Shown here: one piece after another, positions 24,454-37,506 of the stretch | How positions within the stretch are numbered: the stretch's first letter is position 1 | Layout: every line of letters begins with the position of its first letter | Assembly (NCBI RefSeq): GCF_018977255.1 | Contig: NW_024704742.1 | Span: 36,456,001-36,520,000 of the forward strand | From: Callorhinchus milii | Taxonomy: Eukaryota | DNA length: 64,000 nt | Direction of reading: 5' to 3' | Made by a program: the position numbers and the translations under genes | Notes under the pieces: model-generated | The model's input: the letters and a program-made list of their open reading frames with translations, nothing else | What the model was told of the DNA's origin: nothing | Databases searched by the model: none

Positions 24454-27400
24454 CTGAAACAGACAGAAAAGAGACAAATACAACATAGGTTACACACCAT
24501 CCAAATCAAATCCTTATGAAGTGTAATTTCACAGTTCAGCCCTTTGCAGACCAAGAAGGATCTAACCTTCTTCTGTACTAGTTATCTTACATTAATTTGG
24601 GGCTTTAATTAGCTTTTGCAGGAAGGATCAGCCTTAGTGCTGGTAATCTCCTAATGTCATATAGCAAGCTGACACTCACCATTTTAGGTGACATGTGACA
24701 AAACAGCACTGGACACGGGTAGGAATAGGACCAAAAGTATTCAGGCCAGAGATTAGAACTAATGTTAAAATCAGAGCAATTCTGCACATCAAAACGTATG
24801 AGGAATATAAAAATGCTCCTGATAAACAAGAGTTTAAATCATAGAAAGTTATAGCACAGGCACCACCCATTTGCTCATCAAGTCAGCCATGGCGTTCTCT
24901 CTTCATACGAGTGACATAGTCCAACCCATTCTCATTGGATGAGGTACCAGAGGGTTTCTAGAGAGAATGGTACTGTGCTACAGCATGTCAAGAAAAGAAA
25001 TGAGGAAAATGAGGGGGATAATAATTTTAGACCATAACTTTGAAAGGCCTATTTTTGAGTGGACAGGAAATCTATTTGCAATGCCAACATTTGTAGTGAA
25101 TCGATGACCTGGGAAACCCACAATTAAACAAGTCAGTGTTTGACGTAAAGGATTATATACTCCAGAATATGAGATGTGATGCTTTATAATTCAAGAAATA
25201 TCACTGTTTTATTTTGCTGGTCATCCACAGAATGCTCTGCAAAAGACAGCAACACAGGTTGCAAAAGAATCACCAACTCTTGAGTATAGTTTGTAAGACT
25301 AAATTTTTTTGAATAAATGAAGAAACTAAAAACAGACAATTCAACCAAATCTCTGGTGAAAAGAGGCCCGAAGCATCAAAGCACAAATGTAGACTTGCAA
25401 TTACTATACCGTTAAACTGAAAATTGTTTGCTCAGGGCAAAGCTTGCACTCATACTTTCTCCAAGGTGGAAAGATGACCAGAATTTAAAACCAACAGAAA
25501 AGAAATTTGGAAAATATGGATCCTGATTTCAAAATACTGTGCAACACTGACAAGGCTATTCAGCTTCAACGATAGCTGCACTGTTAGTTGGTGCACTGAC
25601 TAGAACTGCTAGGACGAAACTCAAAGAAGCACACATATTTTTAAAAATTGTGAAGCTACATGCAAACTGCACAGTGTAAATTTTTAGAGGGGTCGGAAGA
25701 AAAAAAAGAGGGGGAAGATAGATGGTGGCCCCATCTGACGCACTGTGTCACTTTGCACCTAGTTCAAGAGCAATGAACCATTGCTCTTTTTTCTGGCTGA
25801 AATGTATATTGTGGGACCAGGGGATAAATATTCAGAAGACAACTTCCATATTATATATACACACACACTATGCATATTGGATAGGCTTCAGAAAGGACAC
25901 TTTACCTTTAAGAAAGTTCACACCCGACAGTAATCTGCCACACCTTTTGTGTGATATTCAAGGCTTCAATTTGGGCAAAGCCCTAAGAACACAGAACACT
26001 CCATCTTTGAATCTCTGAATAATCTCTGGATAAAATGATTCTAAACAATCAAGTTGGTAGCAAACTTGGTAACTTTTCTGCTGAAGTACTGATCTCTTCT
26101 GTTTATTAACAGTGCAATTTTCAAACAAGCAATTCTTGACAGTTTAGTGCAGTGAGATTGCCAGCTCGATGTCAATACAAAATGAAGTACCCAGTTAATA
26201 AACCCATCTTTCCCACAAAGAATTTTGCTTTGAGCCTGAATCCATTAGAGTTGCACTGTATGCGAAATAAACCCACATATGGTAATCAGCCAGTCCAAGT
26301 GATGAGTTGTCAAGCATGTCATGCAAGTCAGCCATAACTGAAACATTCTATACATCCAATAGATTCCCATAGGATGCATTAGAAATCATATTACTGAAGG
26401 AAGAAATGCATTAGCTGGCTGGTATTAATTTGAATTTTTAATAGTAGAATTTGTGGATTGCAGAGGCAGCAGAGAGGATCTAGAAATGATGTTACTTCAG
26501 TACTGATCAGTTGGGAATATGGATCGCAGTGGAGATGGAGATTTTTGCTGATGAAAATGACTGAGTGCAGAAAGAAAGGAGCCTTTTATGCTGGTTATAC
26601 TAGTTACCAGTGCCCAGAAATCAAAACTGCTCCAGTGAAGTTTGGTTCCAGTTGGAACCAGAAAGAGAATAGCAGATTTCCTGATAATTTAGTATATATT
26701 AAGAACATTCGCATGATAAATGCTTCACATGGTGCAGGAACTTGGCTGATCCAATCAGAATTAAGGTTGAATCTTCGTCTGTGTTGACTTAGTTGAATTC
26801 TGCCGGCAAAGAGTTCAATTTGCTCTCAAAGTCCCCAGTCTAACATATGGAAAGATTCATAGAACCACAGAAATTTATAGCACAGAAAAAAGCCATTTGG
26901 CCATCTTGTCTGTCCCTTTCGGCCCAATCCCTTTCCGTTAACCCAGTAACTGCAAAAATGCTTGAGAACAGCAAGGGCTTCTTCTGCATTATTTTACTCT
27001 TTACGATTAAATAGCCCAGTGACCCTCACTGCCTGGGATCATACAAATAACCATTTGGGTAAGGTGAGCGGGGTTTGTCAGCCCCTAACCAGTACGAGGC
27101 ATTGTTTTCTGAACAGGACAGGAGAAAAGTGAAAAATCCATAGGTTACTATGGACAACTCTTGCTTCTGCTCTGCAAGTTAATGACAAGACTTCTCATCC
27201 TACACCCCCACCACCATCTGTGCGATAAGATTCAGACAAAAATTATTTTGAAAATGGAAAGAAAAACAAAGTAACACACATTCTGAGGGAACTGGGATAT
27301 CAAACACATTCCATAGGGCTTGAGACAATGTTAGTTGCGAGGTCTCAGGCCAACACATTCTTTAAATAAACTCCCTATTCCTCCTTCCTCAGCATTAAGT

Positions 27401-27510
27401 AGCACATTTACACCGATATAAGACAACTAAACTGGTCAATGCTGAAACAGATATTTCCGCTTGTTGCTAGGGGGTTTTCTTAAATTAACCCTGGACTTAG
27501 CGAAGCTTAC

Positions 27511-27688
27511 CTTGAGCTGTTCATTGGATTTGACGGAGGCGAGTAGGTCCAACATGGCAAGCACAGCACCCGGATGGATTATGACTGGATCAGAAGAATG
27601 CAAAGAAGCCACTGCATTGTGCAGCTTCATGTCCGTAGCAACTTTGGGTGGAATCACGGGAGGTGCTGAAACTGTGTGATACACTGGC
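27511..27688 (-). CDS. WDFY3: WDFY3 exon E12 (178 nt) PVYHTVSAPPVIPPK...LLASVKSNEQLK
   Basis: tgcatag|GCCAGT ... CAAG|gtaagc; phase 2 to 0. Confidence 0.94.
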
Positions 27689-28439
27689 CTATGCAAACAA
27701 AAATGATACTTATCATTCTGCATCTGTAGCTATTTTAGTGGCATAAAAAAACTATACCTATAATTTTAGTATACAGTATTACAATTCCACACAATAGGAA
27801 ATTCATCAATTCTATTTCTACGAATGTATGTGAAATCCCGTCAATTTTCTTCCTTTTTAGGCATCCCCCCCGCCCCCCTTCAAGATTTAAATGGAGGTCA
27901 TTCAGCATAATTGCTTTAATGTGACTTTTGAAGAGTATAAATAGAGAGAGAGTCGAAAAACACCTCTATGGCATAAAGTGCTTTTCAATTCTTCAGAGTG
28001 TGCAGCAAGTAGCAGAAACACCATCTGCCTTGCGAGGCAACAATTCCAGACAACAACAGTCCTTGTTAAGTATTGCCATCAATAATGTTACACAATTAAG
28101 AAGCAGAAATGTATTTGCAATAGATGCAAAAATGTTTCATTGTCCTTATTGATGTACTTATATCATCTTTAAAACTTATATATTTTACAACCCTCATCTT
28201 ACACCATCACTGACATCCAGTTCTGAGAGAACATCTTCAAAACCTTTAACTGGGTTATGGTTTATTAATATTCATAGGCTTCAAATTGAGATGCAAAAAC
28301 TAGAATATTAATTAACACATTTGCTCTCCATTTTGTAATGAACGGATTGCCTGGCACATCTTCCAGCAATAATTAATGATGCCAAATTTGTATCTACACA
28401 GCTCCTGCCTGTCTACCTGAACATGGAATGCCATTTTCC

Positions 28440-29520
28440 TGGAAACATAGAATGCTACTGCATAGAAGAAAAATGGGATGACTTGGTGGGCTGAATGGCC
28501 TGTTTCCCCGCAATATCATTCAATGTAAAATCAGCACTAGTGTTTTTCTGCACTGGAGCCAGTCTACCCCACTTTCCTATTTGCTCCTCATACCCTTTCA
28601 ATACTTCTCTCAACATTTAAATTCTTCAAGAATCTACCTAATTCCAAAATACCATTTCAAATATAGGGCATATGGATTTTCAATCCTATATAATAATAAT
28701 AATCCTTGCATTTGATATAGCGCTTTTCACGTTGGGAGGACGTCCCAAAGCGCTTCACAGAACACACTGTAAAGTGAATTGACTGTATATTTGTGAGCGA
28801 ACGCGGCAGCCAATTGCGCACAGCAATGTCCCACAAACATCGTGGATTGAAAATGACCAATTTATTATTGTTTTGGGTTTTGGAGGGATTATTATTAGGC
28901 TCTGTGTGGAGTAAGGAAACTTGCCCAAGGTTTCGCCCTCTGCCTGGAATTGAACTCAGGTCTCTCGCTTGCAAAGCGAGTGCTCTAACCACTGAGCTAC
29001 AGGACTCCGCATATAAAGGACATTTATATGCCATCAACTTCTATTTCTTTTGCAAGAATTTATGTACTCTGCCTCAACTATGGTTTGTAGCAAATGGCTG
29101 CATTGTTTCACCCACAAATATACAGTCAGTTCACTTTACAGTATATTCTGTGAAGAGCTTTGAGACATCTCGAAGACATGATAAGGCGCTATATCAAATG
29201 CAAGGATTTTTTAAAATTATTTTTAGCAGAGAATTCCACATTTTGACCACCCTTTGAGTAAATAAACTTTTTCTGAACCCTGTCTTTAATTCTTTTCGCA
29301 TTCATCTTAAGCATGTGCTCACTAGCTCGTGACTTGGCAACCAGCAGAAATTGACCATCACTATTTACCCAATAAGAACCTTTTATTAATTTTGAGCATC
29401 TCGATTTGGTCAGCTAAAATCAAAACAGTTCTAACTTCTCACATCTCTCAACCAAAGTGAAACCCCACTTCCCCGCTAACATCCTCACAAATGTATGCTT
29501 CATCTTTTCTATTGCTTTAT
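28440..29520 (-). mobile_element. Degenerate CR1 3' region split by two SINE insertions
   Basis: aacatagaatgc tail and CR1-like ORF2-end sequence on either side of the SINEs. Confidence 0.55.
28690..29008 (-). mobile_element. Second full-length copy of the same SINE
   Basis: About 95% identical by eye to 22263-22586 in reverse complement. Confidence 0.93.
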
Positions 29521-31235
29521 GTCACACTAATTTATTTTCAACCGCAAACAATCAAAACCAGAGAATGGTCTTCCAGTCCATCAGGTTGAAAGTACAGCAT
29601 TTATTCAGATGAAAAATGAATGTAATGCAGTGTTCTTCACAGCTTAACATAGGGCATATCGATTTACAATCATATATGTAGAAAACTTCTTTTTCTATTT
29701 ATAAAATAAAATGTACAATCCATGCAGATCTTTACCCTCCAGCTGGCTGTGTTTTCTTCTGAAATGAAGAATGACATCAATGCTACAACTCCTTTAGGTT
29801 TCAAGTGTAAGCATTCGAAAGGTGAGAAATCTGGTGACCAACTAGTAACTAACGCATTGGGGTTTGGATGAGGCAAACGCATTTCTATGAGAATGAGTTG
29901 GCTCCAAGGTGAGAATCTGGCAAGGAGTTCAGTCGATCCTCTGTGGCAGTCTCGTGGTCTGATACCTGAACCAAACCCGGTCTTCAGTACTCATGTGCAC
30001 ATTTAAAAATGGGCCAGCCAGCCAGCCTAGCTCATGGGCACGATTTGGGGAGACAGACTAGTGGGATGCTTTTCACCAGGGCTCCTGACAATCAAATCCT
30101 GCAAGCAAAATTCTTAACAGGTATGGTACTTTTACCTGCACAAGGTCTGGGAAATTCTAGCAAACCCCAGTGTAGCATCAGCTGCATGATGTAGCTGAAG
30201 CTTAAACGTAAGCACAAGGTGCTGTGAGGTACATGTTCATGTAAGTGCAGTGCAACCATGAATTTTAATGAATGTCTTACATATAAAATATCAAGTCCCG
30301 AGTGGAAAACCTGATTCAAACTTAATACCAAGTTAATGTTTTCATAATTTTATCATATTTATGGAGCACTGCAGCTGTGATAAGTGATGTATAGATTTGG
30401 GCATCACAGAATTCACTGAATGCAAAACTCCAGAAATACACAGTATGATCTGTGCTGCACTCAAGACCTGAATTTCACTTGCACAACACAATAACTTTTT
30501 TGCACTTTGTACTCTGAATATGATGGATATTATGTGAGTCCCAATATAAAAGATAATTTCTAAATACAATTCACAAGGTCAAAAAATGTCACAAAATGCC
30601 TGTGAAGTATTGTGTTGATGAATTATTCAGCAATTATTCTAGAGTGTACAATACTCCTGACCTTTTCTCATGAAATCGTTCAGGTGCAACCTAAACATTA
30701 TGAAAAGTGCAACTCAAACGATTCAGAAATCAGATTATCAAGCTGATCCTTTATATAAAAATGTCTCTCTCGAACAGGGCAGCATTGGTTGTTCTGGACT
30801 CTTAAGTACAGAAGATAAGGTAGACATATCTTCAATAGACATTCAAACTCACTTGTCCTCCAAAAGTCCTGTTCTGTAGATTGGTAAACAAAGTTTTTAT
30901 TATATTACCAGTGGCAATTCTCTACTCAAAGGACCGACAATGATATTCATTCAAAAATCATGTGCATTCATGTTAGGTATGTTCCTCAATTGGTTAAAAC
31001 ATAACAGCTGGAAAAAACCTGCAGCCCATCCAGCTTTACCTTGCCCACCTAGCTAGAAGAGGACAGCATTGGAAAAAGTTTGTCCATTGGATGGGAACGG
31101 GGGGACGAGGACATTTAACAGAGACTCAGCAACCAAACAACGCCACAAACCAAGATAAGGTAGCTCATGATATTACTATTTTGAGGCACGTCAGTATTGT
31201 AAGAATTGGATTAAGTACCCCTACTGAGCCAATAC

Positions 31236-31319
31236 CTTTTCCTGGACAGAGCTGGAGTTCCCCAAGGAGAGGGTAGGGAAGTCTCATGCGTCAGGCAAGG
31301 AGGAATCTGTTCAGCAAAA
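31236..31319 (-). CDS. WDFY3: WDFY3 exon E11 (84 nt) FAEQIPPCLTHETSLPSPWGTPALSRK (not in ORF track)
   Basis: tctgtag|TTTTGC ... AAAAG|gtattg; matches recalled human RAEQIPPCLTSESSLPSPWGTPALSRK; phase 2 to 2. Confidence 0.94.
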
Positions 31320-32283
31320 CTACAGACAAAAACAGCAAACACCATTGGACAAGAATGTTAGAGAACAGAAGTGAGCAAGAAGCTGGTTAGTACAATTACC
31401 ACTGAAGACTTCTAAGTGATTGAGTCAAAGGAACACAAACAGCAACATGAATCATGCCAGTGCTGTCATAGCGGAAAACACACGGAAGTAGAAAAAACAC
31501 AAGGGAAGAAATGAACTGAACTCACTGTGAATTTTACAGTTTAAATGATACATGGACATAAGAGGCCCTCACATATTCGAATGGATTTTACAAGTACGCT
31601 AAAATAGCTCAGTATTAAAAGAACTACATCTTTCACCATAATAGTTTCCAAGAACCTCAATTTCCTTATATCCAGTTCAGTTTAAAATGCTTTACTACAC
31701 TTAGCTTGTTTGTATTTTTGCAGCACTACATCACAAGTGAGCATACAAAACAACAGGGGAAGCTCCTTCCTTATAAATCCACTAGGTGAGCACAACTGTA
31801 TTTACTATTTTTGTTTACCAATACTTTAAACATTGTTGTTCTTGTAAAATCAAATAAATAGGCCAAGTTTAGATCACAGTGCCAAACTGCATTAACTGAG
31901 AGAAAGGTTTTTTGTCTATAAATGTCGGATAGTATTTATTACAGGCCAAAATAAATACAACACCCAACATAATAAAGTACTATTCGTCAACAGTAATTTA
32001 GGCTTTCCTAAAGGAATATCCATAGAACCACTTTCACTGGAGTTGCCTGGTAAACATGTGATAATCTGCTGTATGAACATATCGCACATATTCTTTCAAA
32101 ACCTCAATGTATGAACATATTTGACTCTAAATTAATACCAACCCCACGAACCATTGGCAGTTTAGGAATAGCCACCAGGGAGTAAAAAAGCATTCAACGT
32201 TGTTCTTGGTGATCTCAAATGGCTAACAGTCCCGGGTATTATTGGAGATAAGTTGAGTCTCAAACCACTGAGTGGCTGCGTTG

Positions 32284-32317
32284 TATGTTACCTGCACCAT
32301 ATGTTACCTGCACCATA
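32284..32317. repeat. 16-bp perfect tandem duplication
   Basis: tatgttacctgcacca occurs twice. Confidence 0.9.
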
Positions 32318-33029
32318 ATGTCAAGAAAATTTCAAGTATGTAGTTCATAAGTACACTTCATTTAAGTTGTGATGCATTGAAAACATTTCAGTACATTGAA
32401 TTACAAAGTGTAAGTAAATACAAACACAGTTTTGTGGCTCAAACCACTTTCACAATAAATAATGTTCTCTACACTGCAAACCATTCTGCTACCATTATTT
32501 CTTGGGGCTGTAGTTTCAATTTTTTTCTGTCCCAACAATTCCTATAACCTTTCACAGTTGAGGGTCAGTTTCATTCTAAAGAGATTGTTCATCTACATTC
32601 CTTAATGCTTCACAACCCTGTAGGTTACAGAGCGATTTCACCTTTGTTTTGCTGTATGGTTACGTTTTACGTCCCTAATTATAAAACTGACTAAACGTTC
32701 CGCAAAATAAGATAATAATAGGATTGCACATAGCAGGGAGCAGAGTTGGGGTGCTGAATCTTCAGAAGGGGTTAGAAACAGCATTAAATGCATCAGGTGA
32801 TGAGTGACTATATTGTAATGTGCCCAGGACGCTTAATTCCTCTTGTGACAACAATATAAATGAACACTTGGAAAGAGCCAGAACGCATGTCAATTCAAAG
32901 GGTACCCATCATAAAACCACACCTTTATATCTAGCAAATCCAAAAAGATGCTGAGAAACTAACCAACTTCCAGGCAAACACCTGGTGAGAAGAATTGGGT
33001 CATCAAGGGAACATAATGGACGGAACGAC

Positions 33030-33320
33030 TAATAATAATAATCTTTGCATTTGATATAGCGCCTTATCAAGTCATTGAGATATCTCAAAGCGCCTCACAG
33101 AATATATTGCAAAGTGGACTGACTGTGTATTTCTGGGTGAAACGCAGCAGCCAATTGCACACAACAGTGTTCCATTAACAGTCATGGATTGAGTGACCAA
33201 TTATTTATTTTTGGGGTGGAATTATTACCCCCAGAAAGCGATGCCAATCAACTAAAAAACGGATTCCTACTTATTGCTAGGTAAAAAAAGGTGTGTGGAT
33301 AAGGAAACTTGCCTAAGGTT
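33030..33320 (-). mobile_element. Headless copy of the SINE (with about 60 nt of extra internal sequence)
   Basis: (TAA)n tail at 33030; ends ggaaacttgcctaaggtt; AACGA on both flanks. Confidence 0.82.
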
Positions 33321-35079
33321 AACGAAGAAAGTAAAAACAGATTGAGAGAATCATAGAAATTATAGCAAAGGAGTAAGACAATGAGCCCATCAAGTCGATG
33401 CTGACGATACATCCTCTACAAGCTAACTGCTCTAATTCCATTGCCTTGTTCTTTCCACATATTTTCGGTAAGTCAAGCCTCAAGGTTATCAGGCCCTGCA
33501 AGGAATAAAGATGCGATTCAGGAAACCTCATCGCAAAGCTCAATCTTAAATCTAAAATGCTTCCTTTTCTTTCAGTCATTCAATAAAGCAAGGAAGCCCT
33601 ACTGAATTAAAAGAATAGCAAGGCAATATTGTAGATAGCAGCAAGTAAAAGTTTTTTAATTATACACAACACATCCAGCATAAGATGTGGTCTCTAATTA
33701 CGTGGATTAGCTAAGAATGGCTCATGGGTTTTTATGAATAACAAGGTACTGCACATTGGATAAGGAAACGTGTACACAATAAACAAGTGCCCATCATCAA
33801 AGTGAAAGGGGAGGGAGGGAGTCAGAGGGACAATAGCTCTATGTAATGAAGAGTGCTTTTTTTTAGAATTGAACTGGTTTTCATTGGGGAAAATATAATT
33901 GAGAATCTAAGTCTTTAAAATGATGGAGGCAATATTGATATAGGCTAATTAACAAAATGTGATTGCAGGACGAGAAGACTTGTGCTGAAAATAAGGCCAG
34001 AATTATCTTCCCCCTTCTCAAACTGTGGATGTACGAAGCATGAAAACAATTGATATTATGTGAATTAACTGAGCTCTGAAAAATGCTAAATAAATAGATA
34101 AATAACCATTTAAGTACCGGCTTGTGCTGCATTGACGATGGTCACCCATGATACTCTTTGAGAGGTTCCAGCATTGTAAAGCACAACAAAAATCAGGAGT
34201 TTCTTTCGTTTTGCAAGTACAAGGTTAAGCCCAATGCTCTAAATATTTCACCAAATACAATGTCCACTGCTCTACTGTGATTAGTAATGAATCATCTATG
34301 GGGTGGATGTGGTCAGAAGTGAATAATAATAAGAAAATTATTATTATAATCTGTCTTATATGATTAGATTGATATTTTAAGAGCTTTGTAGAACTGTCTT
34401 TTATGCCTGGAGAGAAATATCACACAGCTTTACATTTTTTGAAGCATTGCCTATGATTGATTACTTCGCTCAGGAAATTAAATTGGTCAAAGCAGAGCCA
34501 ACAACTGGACAGGTATCGTGTGATTTGTGAAGGGAACAGAATTGTTGGGACAAAAATAAACCTTCTCATTCCATATTTTCCACGTTTTGTAAACTTGATT
34601 TGATGGTTTCTGATTATAAAGGACAAACCTCTGATATCTCTCATTCCAAAGAATTTGATTAAAAATCCTCAATCATTCTAAAATGAAATATTTCTTTGGA
34701 TAAAAATAAGAATGAGATACTAATCCTTGCATTTAATATAGGCCCTTATCGTGTCAAAATGTCTCAAAGCACTAACAAAAGAAAAGCTGAGAGGTTAGTC
34801 TCCTGCCAAGTTAACATGCCAAGCCACTGTAGAAACAGACTATTGGTGCTGAGTGAAATCCCCTCAAAGAGGAATCCGTATGGCAGATACTACAAAGGAT
34901 GGAATGAGGGATATTTCTCATCTTGACACTACCAAAGCAGCTCGATATGTTCCAAGGTTTGTAATCTTCTTGATGAATGCCACTGTACAACTACGGTGCC
35001 CTAGTTCACAGTTAAAGCCACAAAGACGAGGTTTCAACTCTTTTTCCTCTCATTCTGGTCACAGTTCTGTCGCTTGGGT

Positions 35080-35672
35080 CAATTGGTAACATTCTTGTCA
35101 CCGGGTCAAAAGGACTATGTGGCCCCACATCAGGACTTTGATCTCATAGTCTAAGCCAGGGTGGTCCAACCTTTTGGCTGCTGAGGGCTAGATGTCCTAT
35201 TTCGGAAATGTCCGTGGGCCGCATTAGCAATAATTTTGCGTTTCCCTTCCAGAAACATAACATCTACGGCTTATGGAAGGAGCAGGTGGGCCAGATGAAA
35301 TGGAGGGAGGAGGGGTGGACCACCCTGGCTAAGATGACATTCCAGTGCAATATTAAGAGAGCTACACCATCAGAGATGTGGTCCTTTGATTAGAAGCAAC
35401 ATCAGTGTCCACTTTTCCTGTTCAAGTGGATGACACAATTAAAAATTCCGTGACACGATTCAAAAAAAGGGAAAATTGGCGCTCCTGCCAATAATCTTGA
35501 TGGTAAGTTGTTCAGTCATTTCATGGTTGTTTGTGGGACACTGCTGGGTTTAAATTGACTGTTGAATTTGCTGACACATACACAGTCACTACACTTTACA
35601 ACAATCTATGTGAAGTTCTTTCAAACATTTCAGCAACAATAAATTTCAACTTCAACTGCAAGATTATTATTA
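35080..35672 (+). mobile_element. Old Deu-domain-type SINE interrupted by a hAT MITE
   Basis: tctaag..tgacattccagtgcaatatt...gtggatg...aaattccgtgacacgattc resembles the recalled DeuSINE core; its 3' half matches the young SINE. Confidence 0.65.
35157..35327. mobile_element. 171-bp hAT (Charlie-like) MITE
   Basis: Perfect 12-bp TIR CAGGGTGGTCCA / TGGACCACCCTG; degenerate 8-bp TSD GTCTAAGC / G-CTAAGA. Confidence 0.8.
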
Positions 35673-36420
35673 TAATATTGTGATCTAGACGTACGATCAG
35701 AATTTAAGTATAGGACTTCTAGCTGACAGAAGCTTTATTTAACAGAGATCTCCTAAGAGCACAATATAATACTCTACACTCAGCTCAAAAAGCCATTGAA
35801 AGGACATTAAGTTTATTGTCCCAAATCAGCAAAATGAATTTTTACAGATAATAGTCCTTTCCCAAAGCCAATAGCTCCCCTAATGCACAAGCCATTTGTT
35901 ATCACAACTGGTTGAGGGCATTTAAACCGGAAACCATTCAACTGTTCAAAATTGCTAGTCTACTGGGGAAGGAAGAAAAAGAAATATTAAACTGGAGAAA
36001 AATACTTTGGGAGGAAAACTAAACTGCCAATAGTTATCCACCAAAATTGGGAGTGGAAGTGGTAGAAATTTAACAAGTAACCACTAAAGTCTTTAAAAGA
36101 AGTCACACACATACACACACTGGACAAAACAATGGTATGCATCTGTGTGTATGTATAAAGGAGTCATAATGTTTTTGAAATGTGCTTAGGTTGCATGTAT
36201 GATTTAATAAAGTCTAATTTGCAGGTTTGTGAAGGTTTTGATAATCTCAAAATTTGCGGGTAGGTAGTCTATTCACAAGCTGATCCAGACTCCGATCTGA
36301 TTGACAACTTCTGTAAAACCAGATGACAGGGAATGGATGCTCCTAGCATGTGACAGAGACCTGGTCTCTGAGTAGCAACCAGGTCCTATTGAGTCACATC
36401 TGGTTACATGTAAAATTCAC

Positions 36421-36599
36421 CAGTCAAACCTGTTCAAGCAACCACCTCTATTCAGCAGCTACCCCTTGTTAACAACCACCCTGGAACTGCCCTGGACAGT
36501 CAGTTCTCACACCAACAAACCCTTAATCAGAGGTTACCCTTATATTAAAGACCACGTTGGCCCAATTCCCTGGGTAATTGTTGAAGATGGATTTGAATG
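36421..36599. mobile_element. Tigger/pogo-like MITE remnant
   Basis: CAGTCAAACC... and ...GATTTGAATG-TA degenerate TIRs; internal repeated ACCAC motif. Confidence 0.42.
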
Positions 36600-36811
36600 T
36601 ATTTTCAAATCATTTACAAATGCTGCAAATTCGACCCCATTAATTAAGGCAATGCAACATTCAGGAAAAGTAGATCCTACTCCAGTGATATCCAATGGTT
36701 GGCAAACATTAGCATTCTGCCACTAAATAAATTGCTACACCGGACTAAAACAAATAATCAAGTCACTAGTTTACTATAAAAGCTATAACGAGACTTAACT
36801 ATATTACTACG

Positions 36812-36968
36812 TTGAATCATAGAATCATACTGCACAGAAAGAGACCATTCGGCCCATTGAGTCTGTGCTAGTTCTTTGGAAGAGCTATCCAAATCAATCC
36901 TACTCACCCGCTCTTTCCCCATAGCCCTGAAACTTGTTCTCCCTAGTATCATGCAATATCTCTTAAAC
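36812..36968 (-). mobile_element. CR1-type 3' tail
   Basis: Reverse complement ends gtatgattctatgattc (ATTCTATG octamer). Similar tails lie at about 26855, 28445 and 33347. Confidence 0.75.
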
Positions 36969-37048
36969 AATCTGCTGTAATAAAAATAGTTTTGACTCAG
37001 ACGTTAAACAGTTGAAATCAAAATAGTTGAATGGGTACAGTATCCTAC

Positions 37049-37506
37049 CTGTCAAAAGAGTCCGTGGCCATTTTGTAGAGGCAACAAAAAAGTTTACTAC
37101 AGTGTTTCAGCGTGGGATTGACCGATTCTAACAATGCCACATCATCTTCAAGCAGTCTCTGAAATGGTTGGACGTTTGAGGGGCATTCAGAAGCCAGACC
37201 AATTTGTCGAAGATTTGAGAAGCAACCAAGCAAACGCACAGCGTCTGCAAGTTTTTCATACTGAATCTCAGTCTTGAAGAAATGGGAATTGGCAGGTTCA
37301 TAACGCATTGCTGCGGTCAACGTGCAAATGACTGTGTGCACCAATTCAGAGACTTGGTTTGTGTTCACCTTTTCCCACACCCCTCTGGGCACACAAATCA
37401 AAGATCCTTCCATGGCAACCAAAAGGGATGTGACGTATACAAATCCTCCCACTTTTCGGAACACAGTTCGTGTGCGATGACTTTCTCTTAACACAGTTAG
37501 GAGAGC
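37049..37506 (-). CDS. WDFY3: WDFY3 exon E10 (458 nt) ALLTVLRESHRTRTVFRKVGG...KMATDSFD
   Basis: tctgcag|GCTCTC ... GACAG|gtagga; phase 0 to 2. Confidence 0.96.
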
